From Candidatus Falkowbacteria bacterium (lineage in GTDB: Bacteria; Patescibacteriota; Patescibacteriia; Patescibacteriales; UBA12465): 55,949 bases of DNA. Under the pieces are notes generated by a model. The model ran no database searches. It was not told the origin of the DNA and was given only the letters and a program-made list of their open reading frames with translations. Shown one piece after another: positions 9,867-20,256 of this stretch; position 1 is the first letter of the stretch; each line of letters opens with the position of its first letter. The translations under genes and the position numbers were made by a program. Location of the stretch: the NCBI GenBank assembly GCA_009995495.1, contig JAACPL010000007.1, forward strand, positions 1-55,949. The letters run 5' to 3'.

Positions 9867-10229
9867 TTAGCTCAAGATATTATAATATTTTTTTATTACT
9901 GCTCTTTTGCAATTTTGCTTAAAAATCACTAATATTAAGTCTAATTGTGTATTTTCTAGAGGAATTTTATTAAGGTAGCAGTAGGCTAATATTGCCTTTT
10001 TTAAATTAATTACTTGTTTTTTTGTTAACGGAATAGCATTTAAATCAAGGACATTAAAGTTTCTACTTTTAACTTCAATAAAAATTAGGTCTTTATTTTT
10101 ATTAAAAATTAAATCAATTTCATTTCGGCCATTGCGCCAATTTTCCGCCAATAATTTATAGCCTAGATTAAGATAATGATTTTTTGCAATAAATTCCCCT
10201 CTTTTTCCTAATTCTTGTTTTTTATTCAT
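9867..10229 (-). CDS. yraN: YraN family nuclease
   Basis: LGKRGE..A, NWR...EIDLI, FIEVKSR. Confidence 0.9.
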   Translation of the reverse strand: MNKKQELGKRGEFIAKNHYLNLGYKLLAENWRNGRNEIDLIFNKNKDLIFIEVKSRNFNVLDLNAIPLTKKQVINLKKAILAYCYLNKIPLENTQLDLILVIFKQNCKRAVIKKYYNILS

Positions 10230-10305
10230 AAAATAGGTTTTCTAGAATTAAAAAACCTCCGAGCTTAAGCCAGGAGGTTTTTAAAAAACTCATTATTTTA
10301 ATTAA

Positions 10306-10695
10306 CTAAGGAATGTATTTCTCTCTAATTTTTTGTAATTCCGCTTCTTTTTTCTTTTCTGGTAAACCTTTTAAATCTTTAAGAATAAAATAAAGCCAAG
10401 CAATTATTAAAAGAAACCAAGCGGCTAACCAAAAACGACCGGATAAAAAAGGTAGGTTTTCGTAGCGGAAAAAGAAGAAGATTATTGCTAAAACAAAATT
10501 AGCGGCAAAAAAGTCATAACTTCGAATTAAAGTTCTTTTATAAAGCTTGGACCTTTTTTTATAAATTGTCGTTAAAACTGCGCCAACTAAGAAAATAACT
10601 AAAAGTGCTAAGAAAAAAATTTTTCCACTTTGACCAATCGGACCAGGAATAAGTTCAAACCAATAAGTGCTTGAAAACAAATTTTTTAACATCAT
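10306..10695 (-). CDS. Hypothetical membrane protein
   Basis: Three TMs, FFRYENLPFLSGRFW, C-terminal KYIP. Confidence 0.7.
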   Translation of the reverse strand: MMLKNLFSSTYWFELIPGPIGQSGKIFFLALLVIFLVGAVLTTIYKKRSKLYKRTLIRSYDFFAANFVLAIIFFFFRYENLPFLSGRFWLAAWFLLIIAWLYFILKDLKGLPEKKKEAELQKIREKYIP

Positions 10696-10699
10696 ATTT

Positions 10700-11251
10700 T
10701 TATAGTTTAGTTAAGACGAGACCATAATGATAGGGTCCGGCTTCAAATTCTTCATTTATTTTTAAACCGAGCCTTGAACAAATATCTTTTACTTCTCTTT
10801 GAGAAATCCTTTTTTCTGGAGCGGGACCAAGAGGAATATCTTCAAGTTTCCAATCAATTATTAACATTTTCCCGTTATTTTTTATAAGTCGGGTCGCTTC
10901 CTTTAAGATATTAGCTTTTTTAATTGCTTGGCTTAAAACATTAATTATTGTCGCTGCATCGAGACTTGCTGTCTCTATTTTAGTCGCTTGAAAGACCTCT
11001 AAATCGCTCCAAACAGGCTCTACTTGTGGTAAGTTATGGCTTTCTGCTTGGCTTTTAACCTCTTTTAAAGCTTCTTTTAAGATATCAATCGCGTAAATCT
11101 TTCCTTCGCGACCAACTAAATTAGCTAGAGGGAAAACAAAGAAGCCAAAATTACCGCAACCAAGCTCAGCGACTCTTTGTTTCTCGCTAATGCTTATTTT
11201 AGCTAAAATTTTATCAATGTCAAATAGAACTGTTTTTTTTGTGCCCAACAT
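10700..11251 (-). CDS. Class I SAM-dependent methyltransferase
   Basis: VAELGCGNFG motif I, IYAIDI. Confidence 0.85.
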   Translation of the reverse strand: MLGTKKTVLFDIDKILAKISISEKQRVAELGCGNFGFFVFPLANLVGREGKIYAIDILKEALKEVKSQAESHNLPQVEPVWSDLEVFQATKIETASLDAATIINVLSQAIKKANILKEATRLIKNNGKMLIIDWKLEDIPLGPAPEKRISQREVKDICSRLGLKINEEFEAGPYHYGLVLTKL

Positions 11252-11271
11252 ATTTGTAAATTTAATTTTTT

Positions 11272-11931
11272 TTATTCAACTAATACTTGTCTAATTATAA
11301 TATTTTCTTGGCTGTATTTCTTTTTAGCACTAATTATAATATTGTTTAGTCCGCTTTTTAGATTAATAGTTTGGGAAAAATTTCCATTATGATTACTGAG
11401 AATTATTTCACCATTTATTTTTAACTCTGTTTCCGCTTCGGTTTCTCCAATAACTTCAATCGAGCGATCTTCTGTTAGTAAATTATTTTCCGGGGCAATT
11501 ATTTTTAGTTCTGGTGGAGTGACAATCTTTCTAACGTAGAATATTAAGTAAAGGGAGCAGGCTAAAATTGCTAAAGAAAATAAAATAGTTTTTATTATTT
11601 TTGGAAAGGCGATTAAATGTTTTTTAGTGATTTTTTTATTGATAAAGGGATCATCTTTTTCTTCGCTGCTTAATTCACTAAGTTTATTTGCTAAAACTTT
11701 TTTATCAAGTCCTAAAAATTCTCCGTATTTTTTCAAAAAACCTTTACGATAAATTCCAGATGGTAGTAAATCTAAACGATTCTTTTCAATCGCATCGAGA
11801 TATTCTTCTTTTATTCCAAGTTTTCTTGAAACAAAGCTCATCTCAAGACCTTTTTCTAGGCGAAGTCGATGACTTAATAGTCCGAAATCGTTTTCCTCAG
11901 TTATTATTTTTTTTAAACTAAATTTCGACAT
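11272..11931 (-). CDS. RodZ-like HTH membrane protein with Ig-like C-terminus
   Basis: HTH YLDAIE...LPSGIYRKGFLKKYGEFLGL, single TM, beta-rich C-terminus. Confidence 0.8.
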   Translation of the reverse strand: MSKFSLKKIITEENDFGLLSHRLRLEKGLEMSFVSRKLGIKEEYLDAIEKNRLDLLPSGIYRKGFLKKYGEFLGLDKKVLANKLSELSSEEKDDPFINKKITKKHLIAFPKIIKTILFSLAILACSLYLIFYVRKIVTPPELKIIAPENNLLTEDRSIEVIGETEAETELKINGEIILSNHNGNFSQTINLKSGLNNIIISAKKKYSQENIIIRQVLVE

Positions 11932-11978
11932 AAATTAAGCTTTAGCTTAAAGAAAAGACCTTTTTTAAGGTGGTTAAA

Positions 11979-12449
11979 TTATCTTAAAAGCCTGGTCCGC
12001 GGCTTGAGTTGAGTTGGTATTTCAACTTTACCCTGCCAATTAAGACCCATAGCTTTAAAAACGAAATTAATGATTAACCAACTTCCGAAGACTATTAAGA
12101 GTCCAACAACAGCAGCGGTAATTATTTTTTTTGCTTGGCCAACCTTATCTGCTGAGCCAGCAGAAATTAAGAACATAACACCACCGTAAACAAACATTAA
12201 TAGAGTTAAGGAGCCAAGTATGCCAAAAACGAATTGGGAAATTTTAATTGCTAAAGCTAGGAAATCGTTGATAGCATAATCACCGCAATCGGTTGGGCTC
12301 ATTCCCGTTGGGTTCCCGTTTTCATCAACTGAGCAATTTGAGGAGCCAGTGGCTTCTGGTAGTATTCCTTGAGCTGAAACTTGGAAAGCCAAAACTAGTC
12401 CAAGAAAAATAGTGACGGCAATTAAACTAAAAATTTTTTTCTTTTTCAT
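11979..12449 (-). CDS. VirB2/TrbC-like pilin with Cys-containing N-terminal loop
   Basis: YGGVMFLISAGSADKVGQAKKII..AVVGL. Confidence 0.8.
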   Translation of the reverse strand: MKKKKIFSLIAVTIFLGLVLAFQVSAQGILPEATGSSNCSVDENGNPTGMSPTDCGDYAINDFLALAIKISQFVFGILGSLTLLMFVYGGVMFLISAGSADKVGQAKKIITAAVVGLLIVFGSWLIINFVFKAMGLNWQGKVEIPTQLKPRTRLLR

Positions 12450-12463
12450 ATAAAACTAATATA

Positions 12464-13840
12464 TTATCTTACAGTTTGCTGAACTCTTGAAGCCCCAATA
12501 CTTAAAATATCTTCAATTTTTCCGGTGGGATTATTAACAACCCCTAAAATCATCTCTTTCATTGCTACTTCGGCTGCCTGAGGATTAATTCCTTTATACC
12601 AGGTTTTGGCCGTTAAGATTTGAGAAGAAAAAATCTTTATTTCTTCACTACTGTTTTCATTATTAATTAAAGACTTTAAAGCAGCGGGCTTATTTGTTTT
12701 TTCTAAGTATATTTTTGCTTGTTCAGCTTTAGTAATAAATTGAATAAAATGCCAAGCTTCATTTTGATTTTTGCTTTTATTTGAAACGACCTCAACCCAG
12801 TAATTAGCAAAGTTTATATTAGTTGATTGGTCGCTACTAATTTGTGGTAACTTAGCAATCGAGAAATTCAATTTTGGCGCCCTAGTTTTAATTGTTTCTA
12901 AATCATAGGAATAACTAAACATTATTGCTAAATTGCCGCTAATAAAAAGATCAAGCGCATTATCTAAGGCTTCGTTCCAAGCATAAGATTCTTTTATAGG
13001 ATTAGCAAATTCAGAATAAAAACGTAAAGCGTTAAGGCCTGGATTAGCTTTTCTATTTTGATTATCTGTTATTTCGTGGTGAAAAGTAATCGCCCCGTTA
13101 TTATTTTGCATTATTGCTCCGCCTTGCATCATTAAAAGAGCGAGAATATCAGTTGAGCGGTTAATATTATAAGCACCGCCTAAAGCAACGCCGGACTGAA
13201 CAATTCCTTGCCTTGAATCTAATCTAGTTAACTTATTAATAGTCACAAGAAAGTCATTGTCCCAATATCTTGGCAACTCAATTATACCAGCATTATTTAA
13301 TAAATCTCGATTATAATACATCGCCAAGGTATCAACTGATAAAGGTAGGCCGTAAATTTTTCCGTCTAAAACAACATCGTGATAAACAGCTCCAGCAAAA
13401 TCATCCTGTAAGGTTTTTAAAGTTAAGGAATTAGTTGTTCTTAATTCATTTACTAACTCTTTTTTAATTGAACCAACAATTTTTGGATAAACCATTGTTG
13501 TTGTTGGTGGTAAAGGAGTTAATTTGCTTTGATATTTTTTCATCCAGGTATTGTGAATAGAAAAAATGTCTGGTCCTCTATCCTCAGCTAAGGCATTTAA
13601 AATTTCATTTTCATATTCATCATAACGAAGTAGTCGGTAATTAATGGTGATATAGGGGTGGGCAGCCTTATAAGCGTCAATTATTTCTTGAAAATCATCT
13701 TGACCATCAAAAACTCGCCAATAATTAAGAGTAACTGGCCGCGCTGCCTCCTGAACACCTTTATCGTCGATTTTACAGGCCGATCCAGAAATAAAGACAA
13801 AAATAATTATTAAAAAGATAGCACCGAACTTTTTTCGCAT
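12464..13840 (-). CDS. Extracellular solute-binding lipoprotein (family 1)
   Basis: Lipobox-like GSAC, GPDIF, DGKIYGLPLSVDTLAMYYNRDLL. Confidence 0.85.
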   Translation of the reverse strand: MRKKFGAIFLIIIFVFISGSACKIDDKGVQEAARPVTLNYWRVFDGQDDFQEIIDAYKAAHPYITINYRLLRYDEYENEILNALAEDRGPDIFSIHNTWMKKYQSKLTPLPPTTTMVYPKIVGSIKKELVNELRTTNSLTLKTLQDDFAGAVYHDVVLDGKIYGLPLSVDTLAMYYNRDLLNNAGIIELPRYWDNDFLVTINKLTRLDSRQGIVQSGVALGGAYNINRSTDILALLMMQGGAIMQNNNGAITFHHEITDNQNRKANPGLNALRFYSEFANPIKESYAWNEALDNALDLFISGNLAIMFSYSYDLETIKTRAPKLNFSIAKLPQISSDQSTNINFANYWVEVVSNKSKNQNEAWHFIQFITKAEQAKIYLEKTNKPAALKSLINNENSSEEIKIFSSQILTAKTWYKGINPQAAEVAMKEMILGVVNNPTGKIEDILSIGASRVQQTVR

Positions 13841-13927
13841 AAGGTTTTTAGTCGCTATTTTAGCGACGAGAAGCTAATTTATTAGACCATTATATTATAG
13901 CAAAGTTTTGTCTTTCCTCCAATTTTT

Positions 13928-15490
13928 TCAATTTTCTTGACGACGGTATTGCAAGGCCTCAGCCAGATGTTTTAATTGAATAATTTCGCTTTTATTATTT
14001 TCATCTAAATCGGAAATAGTTTTAGCTACTTTTAATAGTTTAAAATAAGAACGACCGCTCAGAACTAGCTTTTCGCTTGCATTTCTTAATAAATCAAGAG
14101 CATTATTTTCAAGTTGGCAAAATTTTTTTACCAAAGTTCCTGGTATGTCGCCATTAACTTTAAAATTATATTTTTGATAACGCTTGGCTTGCTTTTTTCT
14201 AGCCCCTTCCACCCTTTTCTTAATTGTTTCTGAATCTTCCTCGTCTTCTAACCTTTCAATCTCTGAAATTTCTAATCTTTTTACTTCACTAAATAAGTCA
14301 AGACGATCAAGAATTGGGCCTGATAGTCTATTTTGGTAATTTATTATTTGTTTTTTTGAACAACAACAACTTTTTTTACTATCACCAAGATAACCACATG
14401 GGCAAGGGTTCATCGCCGCTAGAAGAATAAATTTTGCCGGAAAATCAAGACTAGCATTAGCTCGACTAATATTTATTTTCCCATCTTCTAAGGGCTGTCT
14501 TAAACTTTCTATTGCTGAACGAGAGAATTCTGGAAATTCATCTAGAAATAATAGACCACAATGAGCTAAAGATATTTCTCCTGGGGATGGTAATGGCCCG
14601 CCGCCGATTAAAGCAGAATTAGAAGCGCTATGATGTGGAGAGCGAAAAGGACGATTTTTTATTAAAGAGGCACCTTTCATTTTTCCACTAATGCTATAAA
14701 TTTTTGTTATTTCTAAAGATTCTTTGAAGCTTAATGCTGGCATTATTTTTAAAGAGGCTTTCGCTAATAAAGTTTTACCACTTCCTGGAGGACCATAAAG
14801 TAAAAGATTATGACAACCGGCAGCCATAATTTCTAAGGCTCTTTTAGCGTTTTTCTGGCCTCGAATTTTACTAAAGTCAAAATTATCAGAATTTTCTAAA
14901 TTATTCGTAGATTGTTTTAAATCATTTTTGTTATTTTTTTCTTCAAGACCTTCACCTTGAGAATAAGTTTTAAGGTTGATTTCTCCTCTTAAAAAAGCTA
15001 AGAGTTCTCTTAAATTATGGAGCGCAATGATTTCCAGTCCAGAAACTAATGAAGCTTCGTCAGCATTTCTAGCGGGAAGGAACAATCTTTTTAGACCAGC
15101 TGCTTTAGCGCTCATAGCAATTGCTAAAGCGCCTTTAATTTCTCTAAGCTCTCCATCTAAAGAAAGTTCGCCGATGAAAATATCTTTTTGATAGTTAATT
15201 TTCAAATTATTATTAAGAGCGATAATGCTTATTGTAATTGGTAAGTCGTAAGCTGGCCCTCGTTTTTTTACATCGGCTGGTGCCAGGTTAACGGTGATTT
15301 TTCTTTTAGGATATTTTAGCCCAGAATTTCTTAGAGCACTTTTTACTCTTTCCCGCGATTCGTTAACAGCGGTGTCTGGCAAACCAACAACGGTAATTTG
15401 TCCAAAGTCACCGCCTCCGCTATCGGCTTCAACTAAAATAATTTTGGCTTCTAGACCGACGATGGCGGCGCTAAAAATTTTTGCAGGCAT
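13928..15490 (-). CDS. comM: ComM/YifB Mg-chelatase-like AAA+ ATPase
   Basis: VGLPDTAVNESRERV, GPPGSGKT, RPFRSPHH, FLDEFPEF, NPCPCG. Confidence 0.92.
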   Translation of the reverse strand: MPAKIFSAAIVGLEAKIILVEADSGGGDFGQITVVGLPDTAVNESRERVKSALRNSGLKYPKRKITVNLAPADVKKRGPAYDLPITISIIALNNNLKINYQKDIFIGELSLDGELREIKGALAIAMSAKAAGLKRLFLPARNADEASLVSGLEIIALHNLRELLAFLRGEINLKTYSQGEGLEEKNNKNDLKQSTNNLENSDNFDFSKIRGQKNAKRALEIMAAGCHNLLLYGPPGSGKTLLAKASLKIMPALSFKESLEITKIYSISGKMKGASLIKNRPFRSPHHSASNSALIGGGPLPSPGEISLAHCGLLFLDEFPEFSRSAIESLRQPLEDGKINISRANASLDFPAKFILLAAMNPCPCGYLGDSKKSCCCSKKQIINYQNRLSGPILDRLDLFSEVKRLEISEIERLEDEEDSETIKKRVEGARKKQAKRYQKYNFKVNGDIPGTLVKKFCQLENNALDLLRNASEKLVLSGRSYFKLLKVAKTISDLDENNKSEIIQLKHLAEALQYRRQEN

Positions 15491-15592
15491 AAATTTATTT
15501 TTTTATTTAAATTATATTTAACTGATAACAAAAAACCTGACTTTAAGTCAGGTTTTATTGTAGTATTTTTTGTTTCAAGAAAAATTAAATTA

Positions 15593-18500
15593 TTATTCAA
15601 TTTTTTCTAAATCATCAAGCTTAACGCTTAAAAGTTGACTAACGCCATCAGCTTGCATAGTTACACCGTAAAGAATACTTGCTTTTTTCATGGAAGCGCG
15701 GTTATGAGTAATAACAATAAATTGAGTTTTGTCTGACAGGTCGTCTAAAATTCTGGCCAATCTTTCAGAGTTCGCTTCGTCTAAAGCAGCATCAACTTCA
15801 TCTAAAACTACAAAAGGTGAAGGGTTGGCGCTAATAATTGCGGAAATTAAAGCGATCGCCGTTAAGGCTCGTTCTCCACCAGAAAGCATAGTTACGGTTT
15901 GAATTTTTTTACCTGGAGGAACAGCTTGAACTTCAATTCCTTCAAGTTCACCGCCGCCATGTTTTCTTAATTGCTTAATTTTTTTCAGTTTTTTATCTAT
16001 TTCATTTTTAACCCGATTTTCTTCTTCGCTTAAACTGGCTAAGGCTTGCACCTCTTCTTCGCTAGCAACCTTATTTTTCTCATCTTTATTATCCTCAACT
16101 GTTAATTTAGAAATTTTCGCCTCTCCGCCATTAAATAAAATTTTAAAGTATTCACTAAACTTTTCCGAAATTATTTTAAACTCAGCGTCAAACTTCTTTT
16201 TAATAGTTTTATCAAGTTCGGCGATAATTTCCTCTAAAGAAATAATAGTCTTATCTAAATCATCGGTTTGTGATTTTAAGAAATCATATCTTTGTTTAGT
16301 TTCTTCGTATTCTTTTTCAACTTCCGGATCAATGCCGCCGATTTGATCAAGCTGGTTTTTTAGGGAGTTTATTTTTTTAGGCAAGAAATCAGTACCTGAG
16401 ATTTCTTCTGGACGAGGATGATTTTCAATTTCTAAGATGCTTAAGTTTTCGTTTCTAATACTAGCCTCTAAATCTTCAAGCTTAGTTTCTTGGCGAGCCG
16501 CCTCCATCTGGATTTTATTTAAGTCGTTAATCGTTAAATTTAATTCTTGTTGTTTGGCTTGAGTATTTTTTTGAAGCTCAAACATTGTTGTTTTTTCTTT
16601 TTCTTGCTTTTCTTTTAAGATATCAAGTTCTTGGCGCAACTGGGAGATATCTTCATTTAAAGTTTTAACTCTCAAATTTATGCTCGCCTCCTCGCTTTTT
16701 ATTTGTTCGGCGTCAAATTTTAATGAGCCCTTAGAAATTTTAGCGACTATTCCCCCTAGTTCAACTTTTAAACCTTCATTTTTTTCACCTAGAAGCCTTC
16801 GTCTTTCTTGTAGTGATGATTTTTTTATTAAAATTTCTTGAAGAACTTTTTCTGTTATTTGACGCTTTTTTGATAAAGAAAGCTCTTCGTCATTTTTTTC
16901 GATCTTTTTAATTGCCAGCTCAATATTTTTGATTTCTTTTTCTAGTTCTCGCTTTTCATTTTCAGTCCCAGCAAAATCAAATTTAATTTCCGCTTTTTCT
17001 ATTTTTATTTTTAAGTCATTTAGCTCACGTTCTTTGGCTTGAAACTTTTCTTGATTAAAGGAAATTTTTTCGCTTAAACTATTAAGACGATAATTTTCTT
17101 CGGCTAAGTCAGTGTTTAATTTTTGTTTTGTTTCCGAAAGAGAAATAATTTTTTCTTGGATTAATTTTATTTTTTCCAGAGATTTTTCATCTTCACCGGA
17201 AATTAAATTTTTTATTTTTGTGCCAAAATCTTTTTTGGCTTCAGCTATCAAGGTTTTGATTTTTTCTAAACTATCCTCACGATTTATTTGATCAAGGCGA
17301 TTTAAAAAATCATCAACTAATTTTTCAATTTCTTCACGACCCTTAAGTTTTTCTTTATTTTCTTTTAAACGCTCGCTTATATCGTTTAAAGACCCTTGAA
17401 GATTGTTTAATTCTTTTTCAACCTGAGCAATTTCATTTCGCAAACTTTCTTTTTTATTATTCTCCGTTTCCGCTTTAAAAACTGCTAACCTATTAGTTAA
17501 CTCTTCTTTTTCAGTTCTTAATTCTTGAGCTTTATTTTTTAACCAATCAAGATCAATTTCGCCCTTGGCCTCAAGATTGGCAGCAATAATTGTTTCTAGG
17601 CGAGAAATTTTATTTTCAGTTAGATTTTTTTCTCTTTCAAATTCTTGTTTTTTATATTTTAGTTGAGAATTTGCTTGGAGTTTTTTAGTTATTTCTTCTA
17701 GTTCAGCTCTAGCTAAAAGCTCTTCCTTTTCAGGGTTTAGTTTTTCTAAGGAGTTTATTTCAAAAGCAATATTTTCTAATTGGCTTTCAAGTTCTGATTT
17801 TTTTGAACTAAGCCAAGACAGGTCAAATTGTCCCTGGGCTTCAAGTTTCGCCTCCATTTCCGCTTGAAGTTTACTTATTTCTTTTAAGGCTTGATTTTTT
17901 TGACTTTCTTTTTCGCGCAAACGTGGTTCAAGCTCATTAATTTCTTTAAAACTATCGGTTGTTTGAATTTTTATTAATTCCTCATTAAATTTTTCTAACC
18001 TTTTTTCTTTTTCTTGTTTATCTTTTTCTAATACTAAAAGTTCTTGGTTAGCTTTTCTTAACTTGCCATTAATATCATGCCAAAGGTGGCTATAATAATT
18101 TATTTGATTTGAATTTAAGTCTTTTTCAATCTCCTCGCGCTTTTTTAATTTTTCAACTTGGCGAGTTAAGCTTTTAAGACGGGGACGAATTTCTAATAAC
18201 AACATATCAACTTGGCGAAGGTTCTCGTAGCTACTCTCAAGTTTATTCAAAGAAGAGTCTCGCTTGATTTGAAATTGCTTAACACCAGTTGCTTCATCAA
18301 AAAAATCTTTTCTTTCCGCGGCGGAAACAGTTAAAAAATTCTCAACCATTCCCTGGCCAATAACACTATAAGTTTTTTGACCAAAATTTGCTTTAGCCAG
18401 AAGCATTTGAATATCGGTTAAACGAACACGATTATCGTTCAATAAATATTCGCTCTCACCATTTCTAAAAATTCTTCTAGTAATAATTATATGATCGCAA

Positions 18501-18868
18501 GTAGCAAGAATTTTATTTAAATTATCATCATTCTCACTTTTTTCCTCACCTAAATTACGATTAATGTTGAGAGTAAAATTTTTATCACTATTATTTAAAT
18601 GAAGAGAAACTTCAGCGGAACCGAGACGGCCTTTTTTATCAGAGCCAGAAAAAATAATATCTTCACTCTTTTTTCCTCTTAGAGTTTTTAGACTTTGTTC
18701 ACCTAAAGCCCAACGAATAGAATCAGCCACATTTGATTTGCCAGACCCATTAGGACCGACAATCGCCGTTAATCCCCGTTTCTCATTACTTAAAATTCCC
18801 GAGAAGATTAATCTGTTTTTGCTAGCAAAAGATTTGAAACCATTAATTTCAAGTTTTTCTAAATACAT
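15593..18868 (-). CDS. smc: SMC family chromosome segregation ATPase
   Basis: GFKSF, GPNGSGKSN, IGQG Q-loop, LSGGE, LDEVDAALD, ITH; long coiled coils. Confidence 0.93.
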   Translation of the reverse strand: MYLEKLEINGFKSFASKNRLIFSGILSNEKRGLTAIVGPNGSGKSNVADSIRWALGEQSLKTLRGKKSEDIIFSGSDKKGRLGSAEVSLHLNNSDKNFTLNINRNLGEEKSENDDNLNKILATCDHIIITRRIFRNGESEYLLNDNRVRLTDIQMLLAKANFGQKTYSVIGQGMVENFLTVSAAERKDFFDEATGVKQFQIKRDSSLNKLESSYENLRQVDMLLLEIRPRLKSLTRQVEKLKKREEIEKDLNSNQINYYSHLWHDINGKLRKANQELLVLEKDKQEKEKRLEKFNEELIKIQTTDSFKEINELEPRLREKESQKNQALKEISKLQAEMEAKLEAQGQFDLSWLSSKKSELESQLENIAFEINSLEKLNPEKEELLARAELEEITKKLQANSQLKYKKQEFEREKNLTENKISRLETIIAANLEAKGEIDLDWLKNKAQELRTEKEELTNRLAVFKAETENNKKESLRNEIAQVEKELNNLQGSLNDISERLKENKEKLKGREEIEKLVDDFLNRLDQINREDSLEKIKTLIAEAKKDFGTKIKNLISGEDEKSLEKIKLIQEKIISLSETKQKLNTDLAEENYRLNSLSEKISFNQEKFQAKERELNDLKIKIEKAEIKFDFAGTENEKRELEKEIKNIELAIKKIEKNDEELSLSKKRQITEKVLQEILIKKSSLQERRRLLGEKNEGLKVELGGIVAKISKGSLKFDAEQIKSEEASINLRVKTLNEDISQLRQELDILKEKQEKEKTTMFELQKNTQAKQQELNLTINDLNKIQMEAARQETKLEDLEASIRNENLSILEIENHPRPEEISGTDFLPKKINSLKNQLDQIGGIDPEVEKEYEETKQRYDFLKSQTDDLDKTIISLEEIIAELDKTIKKKFDAEFKIISEKFSEYFKILFNGGEAKISKLTVEDNKDEKNKVASEEEVQALASLSEEENRVKNEIDKKLKKIKQLRKHGGGELEGIEVQAVPPGKKIQTVTMLSGGERALTAIALISAIISANPSPFVVLDEVDAALDEANSERLARILDDLSDKTQFIVITHNRASMKKASILYGVTMQADGVSQLLSVKLDDLEKIE

Positions 18869-18965
18869 AAAGCCTTGTTATTTTGAGAAAATAATTTTAA
18901 GATACTATTATGATAAACTTTTATCATTAAAAAGACAACTGTCTTTAAAGTTTATAAATATTTTT

Positions 18966-19535
18966 ATGATTATAACTTTCAGTGGCGCCGCTGGTTCCGG
19001 TAAAAGCACAATCGCTCAAAAATTAGCCGATAACTTAAAGTGGCCTCGTTATTATATGGGCGGACTTAGGCGCGAGGCGGCTAAAAAAAGAGGCCTAACC
19101 TTAGCGGAATACAATGAGCTTGGCGAGAAAGATCCAAAAACCGATATGGAAGTTGATGAGTATCAAAAAAAATTGGGAGAAACTGAAGATAATTTTATTA
19201 TTGAAGGCCGAACCTCTTGGTATTTTATTCCTCATTCTTTGAAGATATATTTAGATGTTAGCCTTGAGGAAGGCGCAAAAAGGATTTTTCTAAGTTTAAA
19301 GGGAAAAAATGAACGAAACGAGGCTCTCGGTCTTGAAAGTTTAGCGGATGTTAAAGCGAGCATGCTTAAAAGGCTTGAGAGTGATAGTAAGAGATATAAA
19401 AAGTATTATAATATTGATGTTAATGATTTTAGTCATTATGATTATTACCTAGACACAACAAAAATGACTAAAAAAGAGGTTATGAAAGCGGTTTTTGATT
19501 TTGTTGAGGGAAGGCTTGACAAGGCCAAAAAATAA
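18966..19535 (+). CDS. cmk: Cytidylate kinase family protein
   Basis: MIITFSGAAGSGKST P-loop, IIEGR; start taken at ATG 18966. Confidence 0.8.
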   Translation: MIITFSGAAGSGKSTIAQKLADNLKWPRYYMGGLRREAAKKRGLTLAEYNELGEKDPKTDMEVDEYQKKLGETEDNFIIEGRTSWYFIPHSLKIYLDVSLEEGAKRIFLSLKGKNERNEALGLESLADVKASMLKRLESDSKRYKKYYNIDVNDFSHYDYYLDTTKMTKKEVMKAVFDFVEGRLDKAKK

Positions 19536-19624
19536 TTATAGTATTAGACCAGATTTGGCTTGAACCTAAGGGTTTTTGCAGTTATTATAAAAATTAAAAG
19601 ATTAAGCATCATATCAATAAACAT

Positions 19625-19954
19625 ATGGTTGAAACTAAAATGGAACTAAAGCCGGGCATGACCGTCAGAGTTCACCAAAAAATTAAAGAATTAAATTCTA
19701 AGGGAGAGGAAAAAGAAAGAGTTCAATACTTTGAGGGTATTATTATTGCCAGAAAACACAATAAAGAAACCGGAGCAACTATTACTGTCCGCAAGGTTTC
19801 TGATGGTATTGGTGTAGAAAAGATTTTTCCTTTGAATTTACCGACCATTACTAAAATAGAAATTAAGAAAATTGCCGAGGTTAGACGCGCTAAACTTTAT
19901 TTCTTAAGAGATGGTTATAAAAAGAGGTTAAAGGAGAAGGTTGTTAAGGAATAA
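19625..19954 (+). CDS. rplS: 50S ribosomal protein L19
   Basis: [27 protein letters not shown]. Confidence 0.97.
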   Translation: MVETKMELKPGMTVRVHQKIKELNSKGEEKERVQYFEGIIIARKHNKETGATITVRKVSDGIGVEKIFPLNLPTITKIEIKKIAEVRRAKLYFLRDGYKKRLKEKVVKE

Positions 19955-19979
19955 AACCGTTTTTTGGTTTTTTCTTTTT

Positions 19980-20066
19980 GGGCGGATGGTGGAACTGGTA
20001 GACACGCAAGCTTGAGGGGCTTGTGATCGCAAGGTCGTGGAGGTTCAAGTCCTCTTTCGCCCACCA
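19980..20066 (+). tRNA. tRNA-Leu(GAG)
   Basis: CAAGC-TT GAG GG-GCTTG, variable arm, CCA encoded. Confidence 0.95.
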
Positions 20067-20077
20067 AAGCACAATTA

Positions 20078-20151
20078 GGGCGCATAGCTCAGCTGGTTAG
20101 AGCACTTCGTTTACACCGAAGGGGTCCAGGGTTCGAATCCTTGTGCGCCCA
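20078..20151 (+). tRNA. tRNA-Val(TAC)
   Basis: GGGCGCA acceptor, CTTCG-TT TAC AC-CGAAG. Confidence 0.95.
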
Positions 20152-20154
20152 CAT

Positions 20155-20192
20155 AAACAAAAAGAGAAACCGTATGGTTTCTCTTTTTGTTT
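20155..20192 (+). terminator. Intrinsic terminator
   Basis: AAACAAAAAGAGAAACC-gtat-GGTTTCTCTTTTTGTTT. Confidence 0.85.
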
Positions 20193-20256
20193 TAACTCAG
20201 TTGTTTTTTCGTGCTATAATTAAATTAATTAATTAATAATATTAACAATAGATAAC

